This document shows, piece after piece, positions 27,498 to 38,768 of a stretch of 64,000 bases of DNA. A program made the translations under genes and the position numbers. Positions within the stretch are counted from its first letter, which is position 1. Every line of letters begins with the position of its first letter. Below the pieces are notes generated by a model. It was given only the letters and a program-made list of their open reading frames with translations. It did not search any database and had not been told where the DNA came from. The DNA comes from Trichosphaerium sp. ATCC 40318 (taxonomy: Eukaryota; Protista; Tubulinea), in contig JALMLS010000122.1 of assembly GCA_038496445.1 (NCBI GenBank), positions 78,108 through 142,107 of the forward strand. The letters are read 5' to 3'.

Positions 27498-27905
27498 ACG
27501 ATAATAACTAGCAGACAAGCAAAACGATTCAAAAAATTCACAAACCACTACACTCTGTTTGAGGGCAAATTAGACAATACTGAGCTTTTAGACATACCAA
27601 CAGAGATATTAGTTGAGTTTGTGGACCGTTCATCTCAATTTTTCGTTTCTCAAAGCTGTAAACGTTTATCAGACGTCATTCACAATCATGTTGTGTTAGC
27701 TGGTGCAAGCAATATAGGTTTATCTTTAACAACCGTCACTGAAAAAATTCCGGCGTTGGTTGGAGTTAAGAATATAATCCCTTCCTGTTGTAAGAAAGTC
27801 ACAATATCATGTATGAAATTGCAGGTGTACACAGCATTAATCTGTCATGTGCAGTCACTGGTAACTCTTTTGATAGTATTGCAGGTATACATACATTTTT
27901 ATCGT
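27498..27905 (+). pseudogene. Decayed F-box-LRR gene (5' part with internal deletion)
   Basis: Frame opens at ACG 27498 (possibly a mutated ATG): IITSRQAKRFK...LLDIPTEILVEFV...SQSCKRLSDVIH, homologous to the N-terminus of 46925-47692. Then LAGASNIGLSLTTVT, LVGVKNI and frameshifted AGVHSINLS / AGIHT repeats. Confidence 0.8.
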
Positions 27906-28198
27906 GTTTCGTTCGCATCTTTTGGGCAAACACCTGAAGGTACACCGTCGCTATTAGTGTAAAGCTTACCGTGAAATGACATTCCTAATACTACTTATAT
28001 AGGTTTGTATGCTTGCTCACAACTACAGAAGGCGCCTCGTTTGAAGCAACGTTCAAAGTACTCGCGCTTGTAAAGAATAAAAACCGTTAACGGTTCTTCA
28101 AAAATCGTTCAACACTTTTTGTACCCAGAATTTAGTGCTATTGACAGCGGACACAAGTCCGCTTGTTTCTTTCAACACCTCGTACTAAACCGGGTGCG

Positions 28199-29244
28199 AT
28201 GGAAGCAGAAGAGCATGGTAATACAGGTACATCACAAACAAACACAATCATTACATCTAACGCCGCGTAAGAGCTACCCCCTGAGGTGTGGGACTCGATA
28301 CTGTCATATTTAAAGAATATTGGTGATTTTAGAGCGTTTGCGTCTTCGTCACGAGAATTTAACGCTTTGGTGGATGCATCAGCCCGTAAACCATCTGTCT
28401 ACGCCCATCTCATAATACACAACTCAATTAAATACGACCACGTGAAAAAACTTGAACAATACTTACCGCTCTACAACCCTCATTTAGACGGCTTTGACAG
28501 AGATGGTGGAAAGATTTATGGCTCCTGGAAGCTCGTGTTCAAACCTCCTGGTGGGAAAGAGCTTATGCTTCAAATCAAAAACACTGATACGCTCAAAGAT
28601 CTTCGGGAACAAATGTGTCTTAAAGTTGGTGCAACAGATTTGGTGCTTATATGGGGAAGTACAAAACTTGCAGTAGGGTCAACATATCGTCTTGGCGAGA
28701 TAACAGACGATACTACAATGGGACAGCTGAACCCTGGTGTTAGAGATGGATATCCGCCAATATTTTACATCGTTAGAAAATACTCACCTCGGTCTAAAGA
28801 AATGAAAGAAAACCAAGGCAAGCAGTTTTTTACCCTATTTTTATTCTTTTCTTTGTTTTTTTTTCCATATTCGGTCAAATCATTGTCGTCTTTGTCTTCT
28901 AGCGTGACACGTAATTGTACAAATCTCCTCATTTTATTAAAGTTACATGATATACATTTACACTCCATTTATTTATCTTGTTTTTTCTATTAATGTCATG
29001 TGCAGCGTTCAAAATATGGTCAAATCAACCTAGCAGACGAAAAAAATATTGGAGGTTTACAGCACAACAATACTTACTATCAAAGGCTGTAAATTGTAAC
29101 AGCCCTGGCGCTGCTAAGCTATTGATTAATAGTAACAAATTAACGGACGAGGAAGCAAAGGAAATTTTGAAGCATGGACATATACGCAGATGGTTAAAAA
29201 GACACAGAATTAACAGACATGGCAACTCTCTAGACGCCATGTAA
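28199..29244 (+). CDS. F-box protein with ubiquitin-like domain, 3 exons
   Basis: MEAEEHGNT|ELPPEVWDSILSYL...FASSSREFNAL (F-box) and LVFKPPGGKELMLQIKNTDTLKDLREQM...LVLIWGSTKL...DDTTMGQL (Ubl). Introns ~28227-28271 (GT-AG) and 28818-29005 (GC-AG). Confidence 0.75.
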
Positions 29245-30128
29245 ATAGCAAGCGTCCTTTTTGTAACCTTGCCGTTAACTCAACTTATTCAAAAAAATTG
29301 CTCATGCAACCTCTCGACCTCCTACTCATGCTTAAGAAAACTTACGCAATTTGAAAATATTACAACGCCTAGTGTCTCTAGCGCAGCCCTTGATGTTGTT
29401 GTTTATTACACCTCTATTCTGTTAAGTATGATTACTTGAACTGTTGCTGAAACTGGGCACATCGCTAACCAAATACAATTTTTTTTTGTAGAGTACTCAG
29501 TGTTTCCCCTTGAAGACATACATGTCTTCGAATTACCAAGCCATGTACACCCTTATACGAATGTACAACAGTAACACTTACAATATTCCAACTGATTTGT
29601 TGTGAATTATGCTGACGAAATGAGCTATTTGGTAAAGTTTGAATGTCATAAAATGAATGCTGATCACGTGACTTGGTAGTAAGTGTCTTTACCGATAGTG
29701 CTCAGATCTTGCTAAGGTTAGCTGTGATACAATATACAATCAACCTTTGGAGCATTCTACAATTGTGGTAAAAATGGTTGCCTTCAGTACAACCTCCAAA
29801 ACACTTGCAAGCTACATTCGAATCATACACCTAAGTGCGTCGTAGATGAATTAAAAGTGTTCAGAAATCTGTAATACCAGTCATTGAACAAGAAGGACTT
29901 AGTACGTTATACAAAGCAATGCAAGAGATCAATTTTATAATCTTAAACTGTATTACATGCTCATAAAAGTATTTACACAACCCTAAGTGACAACACTACA
30001 AAGACAAATATTTATACTTGTTAAATACTTTGACATTGCAGTGAGCGTAGATAGTTAATCTCTTCTATCGTTGTACTAAGAAGGCTAAGGCGAGGAAGGT
30101 TTCAGTTTATCATCGAGAGCTATTTTAT

Positions 30129-30536
30129 TTATCTTACACTAGCATCTTCTAGATCAACAATGTTATTAACAGTTGCATCATTTCCCGCCTTTGTACTGGG
30201 AACTTTATGATTTTTTTCGACTGAGTGTATTATGAATATGGCGAAGCCTACAATTATACACATAACACAGAATAATGATGCTATTCCAATAATTAGAGGA
30301 GTTGATAATGTGATTCCTATTGAGAAAAATTGTTAACTATGCCGACAAAAAGGTACTAACTTACCACTACACTTTGAATTATTGTCTGTAGGATAATTTA
30401 TATGTTCATCTTGATTTGTACTAACTGCTCGTTGTGTATATTCGTCGGTTTTGTTTTGACAGCTTGCTAGCGTTATATAGCATGTGATAAAGTATGAAAT
30501 CATGGTAAAAGTATTGGAGGACGACGTTCTTGTCAT
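30129..30536 (-). CDS. Small single-pass membrane protein, unknown function
   Basis: Hydrophobic N-terminus (MISYFITCYITLASC), a short intron, and TM PLIIGIASLFCVMCIIVGFAIFII. Ends uncertain. Confidence 0.4.
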
Positions 30537-31750
30537 TGTGTTGTATTTATCTTTTGACACTTTTTTGAAGAAAAAAGGTAGGAGTCTTGAATCACAATTA
30601 CCAGAAACAATAATGCTATTGAGAATTTTACGAGGTATCGTATCAACATAACTTAGCTCGTTCTAGACTGTCACCACTAAGTTTATTTGAAGGAAAAAAC
30701 ACGTGGCGTTGATTAAATCGCTTCAGGAAAGTATGTCGTGTCAATTGTTTTGTTCTCTGAAATGGAGTCCGACCAGAGAAATTATATTACTTGCACGGTA
30801 GTTTGTATCTACCTTCAAATACGCTGCATTCTTGATACCAAGAAGACTGCCACGTCAGTATTGTGCCAACAGTTCAGCGAAAGAGTAATAGTCTTAAAAA
30901 CACTGTTTGGGTTTTTTTGGTAACGAAAAGAGTCTTGGTATGAGCCCTCTTGCCATTAAGGAACGTGACTGTGCCCTGCGATAATATGCCTGCTATAATA
31001 ATTACTCAAAAATATATGTACCAGCATGTTAGGATAAGCAGAAACTCGTATTGGTCTATTCGCTGGCCATCAACGTACCCCTACCACGGACATGATATAG
31101 TATGAATGCGCTACTACGTATACACTTCAAGTATTTCTTTCGTATGCATAAAAAGGTTGTTGTGATAAGATGCTTCATGACGTTGTAATACAGATTTTTG
31201 AACTTCTGATTTTTCCTCGTTGCTGCCTGTTAGCACCAATGTTAGCCTCAAAAAAGTCTAACGGGATAGATTCCGGTGTTAAAAATATCTACACAGTTTG
31301 CAATGGTCCTACAAGCATCGGTTACACCTCTACAAACGATCAGGTTGTTGTGCAATGAAAAGCAACTTTTACATTTCCTCTCTTTTTGCCTGGTTGGCGC
31401 TTATAAATCTACGAAAAAAGATGTACGGCATTACACTCAGAGAGCCCAGAGTTCCGTTTAAGTGCTTTCTGGCTTAATGTCGGAGAAAAGTACCCACACC
31501 TTTCAACCATCGCTTCTGTTGAGGTATTTGAGTAGCATAGGTAACAATAGTGGTACGTCAGTGTACATAAAGTTCAAATTTTATTAAAAACAATCTAATA
31601 CGCACGTAAACAACATCAAAGACGCTTTGAGTACTAGTTGTAATATTTTTTGACGGTTTACAAAAAAAACCAGTTGTTTGAGGTTTGACATCTCTAAAAC
31701 TACGTTTTATAGAACTACACGATATTATTTTAACGCATTACGCTATTTAG

Positions 31751-33185
31751 ATGTTAACAGAACACGATGAAGAAGACCCAAATGTGGTTTTGGATGACGG
31801 TTTAAAATTGCTCACATTGCCAGCATTCAATGGCTATAAGTTCTTGTTTGCTCCTATAATATTATTTGGATTCCTAGCTATGATATTATCCGCTGTTTGT
31901 TACGTACGGAAAAAGAAAAATTAATCACGTGGGGAGGCGATTTTGAGCACAGACTTGAATCAAAGAGAAAAACAATATCTCTACCTGCAGTTTTACTTCA
32001 TCGAGTGATTGATGTTTCTTTTCGAAGGCTTTTAACGAATGTTAGGTTGCTTTGAGTCCTATGAGATTGATAATATGTCTTTCTTCATGGGCTATTTGTT
32101 TTGGTGTTGGAGGCTTCTTTGTAGTACGACTTTGGTCGTGTTTTTTTTTTATACTTCAGCAATAACTTTTTAATGCTTTATTTAGTTTCGATACACATTC
32201 ACACTTACATCAGTTGTTATACACAATGATGGCAACATAGCATTCGATTTTGTTAAATTTAGAGGACAAAACGTTATTGAAAAGGACACAGTTGTACGTG
32301 GTTTTTCTTGTTTGCACTTTTTTTTGCAACAACCGAAAAGAGTTCTTGTTTTGGTTAAGGTTGAATTCCATCTTACGATTAAAACGTTGTAACTACCTGA
32401 TAAGGGAATTATAAAGTTTCTATCACAGTTAAAATCTACCCTACCTGATAAGCATTTGACAAAAACCAGTAAACCTATGGAACTACAAAAAACACATTTC
32501 CAAAGACTTTCCTCCTTTATTAATACAGGTTTTGTAGATGTTGAGTATGGATAAATTCAATCAACCTGTATTTCATATATACGAGAAACATACTCTTATA
32601 CGTTGGTCACGTACAGACGTTTTTGATGAGAATTTGGATCATTTAAAGAGTATTATTTCAGAGGATGTTTTCTTACAAAATAGAGCTTTTTTTAAAACAA
32701 AGCAAGCACCTTACTTTATTAAAATAATACTTGATAAAATTGATATAAAGAAACCTGATACAAAAGAAGAGGCTATTGAACACCTTAATGAATTGAAAAC
32801 GAAAGTAGAGGATATTTATAAAACCGCGTTTGACATGTACGATCCTGAACTTGTGTTCTTACTTTTTTCTCCTTCGCCATTTTGCTCTTTCTACTTTTGA
32901 TCTCCCATAGCGTCAAAGTGTTTACAGTTACCATCAGAGTATATCCGTACTTATACTGTTGATATGGTTTCACAGGTTGAACCTGAACCTTGGAAAGAAA
33001 AAACTTTTGGCGAAGCTTTTTTAACCTTTCTGTTTTGTTGACTTTTTTTTGTTTCTAGTGATGTAGATCTTGAAGTAAACGACCATACACAAATATCAAC
33101 AGGCGAACAAGTCCTAAATAATTTAAAAAGACAAGGTGATACACTAAAAGAAGACGATGAAGCCAATACTCCATTCTTGGATTAG
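31751..33185 (+). CDS. Hypothetical two-TM membrane protein, multi-exon
   Basis: Early exons join in frame: MLTEHDEED...FAPIILFGFLAMILSAVCY|VALSPMRLIICLSSWAICFGVGGFFV|FRYTFTL... Last exon ends TPFLD* at 33185. Middle exons less certain. Confidence 0.5.
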
Positions 33186-33382
33186 AAGGAAAGTTTGATT
33201 GGATATCCATACTTTTTTTTGTAAAAACACTGCAATGTATCATCAATTATTTAACAATAAATAACAAACAACACTTTTTATTGTAGCTATTAACCTTCAA
33301 TTTACATACTCGAGTTGTTTGTTTGAAAAAAAAAACATGCGTCTTGATATTCCAACCAAAGAAATTCCTGAGGTACGTTGTT

Positions 33383-34678
33383 TTACATACACATTCTTAT
33401 ACGATGTTTTTTGTTTATAACTTCCTGTACATCATTCAAATATTTGATTCCCTTATCTGTTATCCCAGAACAAAAAGATATGTTGATACTGTGTACACCA
33501 CACGCCAAGGCTTTCAAGCAATCATCTGTTACACTTGTACCTGATAAATTAATAGTATGCACACCAGCCAAAGGCTTAATACCATCATCTGTTAGGTCAG
33601 AAAGATTGTATAAGTCAATAGTGTGAACGCCAACTAATGTCTTAACACTGTCATTTGTCAAATTGTAGCAATAGCCAAGGTTAATAGAATGTACTCCAAT
33701 CAGTGCTTTTATGCTTTCATCCAACACCATTGTATGACTGATATCAATAGTGTGAACTCCAGCTAACTCTTTAATACCTGCATCTGTAATTTTTAGACAG
33801 CCACTTAAGGCTATGTTATGAACACCAGCCAACGCTTTAAGCCCTTCATCTGTTACTTTTGTGTTACTGATACTGATAGTATGAACACCAGCCAACTCTT
33901 TAATACCAACATCTGAAACGTGTTCACAATTGCTTAAGTTAATCGTATGAATTCCAGCAAATGCTTTAACCTCTTCATCACGTATATAAGTAAAACTGAC
34001 GTCAAGGTTATGAACACCAACCAATGCCGTAAAGCCATGCCAAATGTTTTGACAGTTCTTTAAGCTAATAGTATGAGCGCCAGCCAACGCTTTAAGCCCT
34101 TCAGCTGTCACCTCTGTACATTGCATATTGATATTATGAGCACCTGCCAACGCCTTAAGACCTTCAGCTGTCATCAAATTATTGTACCCAATGTTAATGG
34201 TGTGTACGCCTTTTAACGCTTTGAGTCCTTCATCCGTCAGTTTGGTAGCACTAACATCGATCGTATGAACACCAGACAATGTCTTAAGGCCTTCAGCTGT
34301 CACTTTAGTACTTCCTAGAATAATAGTATGAATAGAACCTGATAATTCTTTAATGCATTCGTCTGTAACTTCAGTATTGTAACCATCAATATAAAACGCT
34401 TCTTTTAGATACTTAAAGTCCGTAGGCTTCAGATTGCACTTCAAATGGACTTCGAATTTTTGTATAAGCGAGGGACATGACTTAAATATCTCCGCAAGAT
34501 TTTCTCTGCTGCTAATTTTAATAACACGTTTTTTATAGCTGTATAAGCTTGCGAATAGAGAGCATGTTTCACGTAAAGGCTGTATACATGTGCTACTGAT
34601 GAAATTGAATACAAAAACCCACATCTCAATTGGTAGGCATGGTATATCATCAGCAATACGATTAGATCCTTTATCCAT
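33383..34678 (-). CDS. Intronless F-box + LRR protein (431 aa, ~15 repeats of 21-22 aa)
   Basis: LPIEMWVFVFNFI...LRETCSLFASL F-box; repeats LAGVHTIxLSxTxVTDEGLKA. Confidence 0.92.
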   Translation of the reverse strand: MDKGSNRIADDIPCLPIEMWVFVFNFISSTCIQPLRETCSLFASLYSYKKRVIKISSRENLAEIFKSCPSLIQKFEVHLKCNLKPTDFKYLKEAFYIDGYNTEVTDECIKELSGSIHTIILGSTKVTAEGLKTLSGVHTIDVSATKLTDEGLKALKGVHTINIGYNNLMTAEGLKALAGAHNINMQCTEVTAEGLKALAGAHTISLKNCQNIWHGFTALVGVHNLDVSFTYIRDEEVKAFAGIHTINLSNCEHVSDVGIKELAGVHTISISNTKVTDEGLKALAGVHNIALSGCLKITDAGIKELAGVHTIDISHTMVLDESIKALIGVHSINLGYCYNLTNDSVKTLVGVHTIDLYNLSDLTDDGIKPLAGVHTINLSGTSVTDDCLKALACGVHSINISFCSGITDKGIKYLNDVQEVINKKHRIRMCM

Positions 34679-35253
34679 GTTTGTTAATAACGTTTAACGT
34701 GCTCTTATTATCGTAGGATCAAGTATCGTTTGGAAATACGATAAAAAGTCAATTTGTGGTCAGATATATTTTGTGTTTTACTATACTGTTAGGGTGTAAT
34801 ATTACCAACTTCATTTGTTTTAACAGCAAGCAAACTGTTTACCTAAAAATAGTACTTTCTGGTTGATGTGTTTTTCGGCTAAATCCACGCACAAGACTCT
34901 CGTTTTGTGGATTGTATTTATGAACTGATGAAACGTAGTTCAAACAATATCATGTAACTAACGTAACATTTTCTAGAAAGACTCATATAGAGTATCGCTT
35001 TCAACAAACTGGTCTTGTCTTTACCATTCTCAGAATATTCTTTGCTCACGGTGAAAAATTGTGTCTGTCCTTTACATTTGGAACACAACGTGAGAAAATG
35101 TTGCTGCAGTGAAACTTATAAAGAATACTCAAGAGCTTTTAAAAGAGAACTAGATATTCAAATAATGATAAACACAAAAATTGCTTACGGTGATGGCAAA
35201 AAACAACATCGTAGGTTCTACACTAGTTCATTTTTATTACACCAATGAATTTT

Positions 35254-37636
35254 TTACAATAGAAGCATTGACAATAATACAGTAAGAACAGCAACACCAA
35301 CATGCGAAGCAGAACTTGGTGCTATTGGCGTAACAGGTGCTACAGGCTCAACAGGTGCAAGAGTTGAAGCTTCAGTTGGTGCTGAAGTAGTTGGAGCTAC
35401 TGGAGCAGTTGGTGTTTGATCAACATCAGACTCTAAAGCTTCTTCATTTACAGTTGCTGAAGGATCCCACTCGAATGTTTCGCAATCTTCTCCATCTACA
35501 AGTTGAGCTATAACACGTATTTGTTTCATGCCAACTTCTTTAGGTTGACGGTTTGTGACGTTAGCGTTGATCTTTGAAATGACCTTCAAAACAACAGCCA
35601 CTTCTTTTTCTTCGTCATCCCAAGTAGTACATGTTCCTGTTTTCTTAGCTCTGAAGATAGCACCACAACCACAAGTAATGCGATTGAAATCAGTGTTATC
35701 TGGGTCATCCTCTAGAGCACCAAAGTCACCACTGCAGCGGAGATGGAGGGAGATTACACGTCTATAACAAAGTAAGAATAAACTCCTTAAAAACACTAGG
35801 CTTTCCAAAAAAACGGTCACGTACGTGGTGTTCTTAGTTTTTCTGACACATTGTGACAAAGCTAAAACGCTTTCAATACCAGCGCCAAGAGGAGATTCAT
35901 CAGCGGAATCCATAGAATCTGCGGTAGCAGCTTTTTGTCTGAAAGACATACTGCACCCATCATCGAAAGACATTCTTTGGACTATTGTTGCAACTCCAGG
36001 TCCATTTCCGTCATTTCCAGTAGTGTCATTAGCATCAGTAGAACCTTCTCCAAGGTCGATTGAATCTTCTCCTTCGCCATCAGTGACCATGTTGCGAGAA
36101 TTCAAACAAACATCTGGATCATCAATATTTTCTTCAAGGCAATCTGAAACTCTATCGAAAACCATTTCGAATGTAGTCTTTGAAGCATTCTTACATTTTG
36201 CGAAAGCACATCTTACAAAAGGTGCTCTGGCTGTCGTTCCATTATTTTCTTTGACAGTAGATACACACTGGCATGTTGTCAGTTCAAAGAAAAAAAAGAC
36301 AAAAAAAACCGATAGTTGTGCACAATAACTTCAACGTACGTTTGCGACGTCCTCATCTGGGAAATCGATAGGTCTTCGCACTGCAGTGGTAACTACTCTT
36401 CCGTCTAATTCTTCTTCTACATCAACATCACCAGGACGTGTTACGTTGCATACTTTATCAAGCGCAACAAGTTTTGATCTGCTTTCATTTCTGAGACTTG
36501 TGCTGTCGTTTCCAGAATTGGCACGTGTACAAAAGTTAATGTAACGTCTTCCAGCTTTACGTAGGGCAAGACAAGGAGCTGAGCAAGTCTAAAGAGTATA
36601 AGAGAACGGCAAAGGTAAGTAAAACAAGATACGTACGTTGTTCTCCAAAGCGCTCTTGCAAACATTGAACAAACCAGCGATTCGCTGTCTTAGTTCGCCA
36701 CATCTTTGAACTTTGTTACAAACCTCTTTACGTTTTTGAACAAGAGGCTTAAACCTCTTCATGGTATCAAGAACAGCACTACGATGAATACAGAATCTTG
36801 CAACATTAGCTAGAGCCTTTAATCCAAAATCACATCTATCATTGCATGCTCCTTCGAGGATATTGCTACGAATGAAACAATTTGTTACAACGCTATCTGC
36901 AAGTTCCTTGAATCTATCAAATAGGGAACCTGGACATTTACGGTCTTTTGGAGGAGGTGAGCTAAGAACAAGTGAGTTCAAGAGAACAATCATAGAACAA
37001 GAAAACAAGACGGTAAAACTTCAGTTTGGAACGTACCATTGCTGTCTCAAGAAACCGATAACACGTTGTACATCGATGTTCGATCCATTCATACTTTCGT
37101 TTCTTACTGCGTTATCTAGACGAGCATCTTTGATACAAAACGCAATAGCACGTGATCTGTTTTTGTATGCAATTGCGCATTCTGATGTATTATCACATGC
37201 TCCAGGGATACGTCCTTCATCGATTGTAAAGTTATCTCTGGTTACAGCACGTTTCATAACTTCGTTACTGAATTCACTTGGTGTACGAGAAGGGAGATCG
37301 ATCATGTCATCCTCCTTGGCCTTAAAAGGAAAGTAAGAACAAATAAAGAAAGTGTTTAAAAGAGCTTGGCGTACTGGGCGTGTTGCGTTATTTATTTTAT
37401 CCAAGACTGGTTGGCATTTACGTAGGATAGCGCTAAAGTCCACTTTAGAGCAATCAAACTCGTCTTCTTCAACTGCTGAAGAGAGTACTATAGTTGCAAA
37501 GTTAGATTCAAATTCGATGCACTATAGTGTGCGAACAACAAAAAGGTTCTTTCCGAGTGACCACAAAAGTACGACAGTTGTATCATCATAATAACTTACC
37601 TATAAAGCACGAAAGTAATATGAGCAAGAGCTTCAT
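35254..37636 (-). CDS. Secreted/GPI-anchored Cys-rich surface protein with Pro/Thr/Ala stalk
   Basis: Signal MKLLLILLSCFI, Cys-rich helical exons, a D/E-rich region, PTAPVAPTT stalk, and C-terminal SSASHVGVAVLTVLLSMLLL* resembling a GPI signal. Confidence 0.7.
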
Positions 37637-38768
37637 CTTTGGTTTAGATTTGATTTTTTTGTATAAAACTAAAATTGATAAAAATAAACATCTCAACCCC
37701 GCTGTTTTCGGCCGATTAACCAAAAAAAAACTCGTGCCGCATTGTTTACGAAAATTGTCCACAGTGCACTAAAATACGTTACTTACAAGGAGATACTTTG
37801 GCGAAACATGGAGAACGAAGGGTAAAAAATTGCGGCCAAAAAGTCGGCAATGCAACTTGCATTCTTGGTTTTCTACCAAGTTTCCTCCTAAAAAGAAAAC
37901 TCACTAATCAAACAACAACTGCAGAGCGTATTTTACTTAATACTGAAATAAAACTACATTGCTAAAAATGGAAAAAAAAAACCACAATTCGTCAATGATG
38001 TTTCTTTTTTCGAGTGATATGTTCGTTCATGTCTACAAAAAACTTGTCTATTCTGTAATGAACACTTCGACACTAAAGAATTTCTGGTTGAACCGAAAAG
38101 GCATCTGTTTAGAACGACACCAGAAGCTCACCTCTGGTAACGCCAAAGTCAATACTCCAAGCAACTAGATGTTTTGCTCCAAGATGACTACTGCTCTACA
38201 TTCTTGGTAGGATAGATTAGTACATAAACAGTCTAGAGTTGCTCCAAATTGCAATCCTCTTATGTTGCGGCAACCACGCAAATGACAAAAAGGTGTGAAG
38301 AAAGGGACAGAACAAAACAAATCCATATGCCAATAAAACATGTACAAATGAAACGACGAATATCTACTTTATCCGCTGAGCAAGTCCTAGTAACTTTTGG
38401 CCAGAGGACACCCATGTAAAACTAGTAAGCGTTCAGTTGCACTAGAAACACGTGCAACATTTGTTAAAACTGGAAAATTGTGTTTTTTGTTGCCATGGAG
38501 CTTATCAACAGCCAAAAGATACCGCAACACGTTGAAATTTATGAAAATGGAGCTCCATACTATCTAATAGCCATAAATCAGACAAATTGACCAAAACGGC
38601 GCTTCAGCTTCTAGTCTCACGTGGCAGAATCTTCTGCGTATAGGTGGGGCGCCGTAGAGGTCTACCATGGATGTCAGTCTGCTTTTTTATTATTTTCAAA
38701 ACAAAAAGAGTCAATTCAGAGATTATCAAAACAAAGTTACGTGACCACCGCTCAGAGGTGAATGCTCT

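Noticed and set aside
27496-27510. Shared CGATAATAA motif near starts of F-box-LRR copies
   Set aside because: Short and AT-rich, inconsistent in strand and position, and here it overlaps the presumed decayed start codon.
35825-37336. Long + strand ORFs (167 aa and 164 aa)
   Set aside because: Antisense shadows of the GPI-type surface protein exons; 49156-49644 is likewise a shadow of the RGS-DEP tail.
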